Source of the DNA: Epiperipatus broadwayi
Lineage: Eukaryota > Animalia > Onychophora
NCBI GenBank assembly: GCA_028023455.1
Contig: JAQFVV010000004.1
Span: 19,654,001-19,718,000 of the forward strand
Direction of reading: 5' to 3'
Length of the DNA stretch: 64,000 bases
Made by a program: the position numbers and the translations under genes. The notes under the pieces were generated by a model that saw only the letters and a program-made list of their open reading frames with translations, did no database searches and was not told where the DNA came from. Positions within the stretch are counted from its first letter, which is position 1; every line of letters begins with the position of its first letter. Positions 62,990 to 64,000 of the stretch are shown in pieces.

Positions 62990-63995
62990 ATTACTAATAT
63001 ATGATATAGATTATGAAAAGGAAATATAATTCTTTAAGTATTTCCATGGTGATTAAATCTTTGGACCACCAAGATGTAATCCTAGAATGTTGTCATATTT
63101 TGAAGAATATTTAGCAAAATGTAACTGTAATGATTAGGTAGATTAAGAAGATGCATGATAGGGTCACTTCATATCTACAAAACTTTTTACAGCAGTTTTG
63201 CAATAAGTATTCCATGGATTACAATGGAAAACTAAGAGAGTAAAAATAAATAGATATTATTATAAGTTATTTAGATTTTGCAGATGATGAGGTTGTTTAT
63301 ACATGTTGCAAAAGTTTTCGGATGAAAGTAAAAAAGGATTAAAAGTAAATACTAAAAAGTCTAAAGTAATGTTCAATGGATCTTTTTTGAAAAAGAAAAT
63401 ACTGATAATCATGAATTAAGAAAAGTTTAGTTGGAGTAGTCAAGCATTGGTGGGCTAGCGGTTAGCATAGCTGCCTTCCAAGCAACTGGCTTGGGTTCGC
63501 TTCCCAGTTAATGCTTTGATATTTATATAACTATATAGTATTAAAAATATATTTGAGAAAAAAAAAAAGATTTTTAATATACGTGTGTTACTACTGTTCT
63601 TACTTATGAATGTAAGATTTGGACACACAACAGAAGAGTAATACGAAGGCATCAAACAAAGTATGTAGAGATATCAGTTAGAAATAACATGAAAAGATTA
63701 AGCATGAATTACATTGTGCAAATATTATTGGCACCATTAAAAGAGTTAAAACATTGAAATGAACTGGGCTAAGTGATATTCCTAGAAGGGATGATAATAG
63801 ACAATCAATTGAACTTTTAAATTGGATCCCAAGATATTATAAAAGACTTAGAACTAGTCCATATGTGAGATGGATGGATGAAATAAAAAGTTTGATGGGG
63901 ATAATGTACAGAAGAAAGGCTATGGATCAGCGAAACTGAATTAATCATGTAAAGACCTTCTTCCTATAGTAGATAAATAATAGTTGAAAATGACA
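62990..63995 (+). mobile_element. RTE-clade LINE 3' fragment (RT and C-terminus), interrupted by a tRNA-like insertion
   Basis: IDYEK; QDVILECCHILKNI*QN; **GHFISTKLFTAVLQ*VF (RQGDxISPKLF with CpG-type stops); YLDFADD; TVLTYECKIW; RWMDEIKS. Confidence 0.9.
63444..63514 (+). pseudogene. tRNA-Gly(TCC) pseudogene / SINE head
   Basis: GCATTGG...AGCATAGCTGCCTTCCAAGCA...GGGTTCGCTTCCCAG TTAATGC follows the eukaryotic Gly-TCC layout, but T-loop A58>C, an anticodon-stem mismatch and the GTCAA leader shared with the 17182 SINE argue against a functional tRNA. Confidence 0.75.
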
Positions 63996-64000
63996 ATCAT

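Noticed and set aside
63444-63514. Functional tRNA-Gly gene
   Set aside because: B-box A58>C, anticodon-stem mismatch, SINE-type GTCAA leader, and location inside a dead RTE.

Overview
Very AT-rich (roughly 25% GC by eye) eukaryotic DNA, most likely from an invertebrate animal, with a 500-N scaffold gap at 1562-2061. I cannot support any intact protein-coding gene, so the window reads as intronic or intergenic. The provided ORFs are microsatellite or gap artefacts, fragments of decayed transposons, or unsupported. Recognisable content: a decayed Gypsy/Ty3 gag-pol element and a second LTR-PBS-gag-protease fragment; two RTE LINE fragments; mariner and hAT transposase fragments; a pogo/Tigger-like non-autonomous element; a tRNA-Gly(TCC)-derived SINE family (5 copies); several long inverted repeats; tandem repeats; and CpG-retaining islands in a CpG-depleted background. 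The most notable signal is RNA-level. Two dispersed repeat families each carry a minimal type I hammerhead ribozyme (HHR) motif. One is a highly structured retrozyme-like family with an intact core at 25366-25407 (minus strand). The other is a Penelope-pLTR-like family with a tandem plus inverted arrangement at 18157-18394. Further decayed HHR-like motifs and a possible HDV-like fold at an RTE 5' end are also present. All protein-family assignments come from manual translation and remembered motifs, not database searches.
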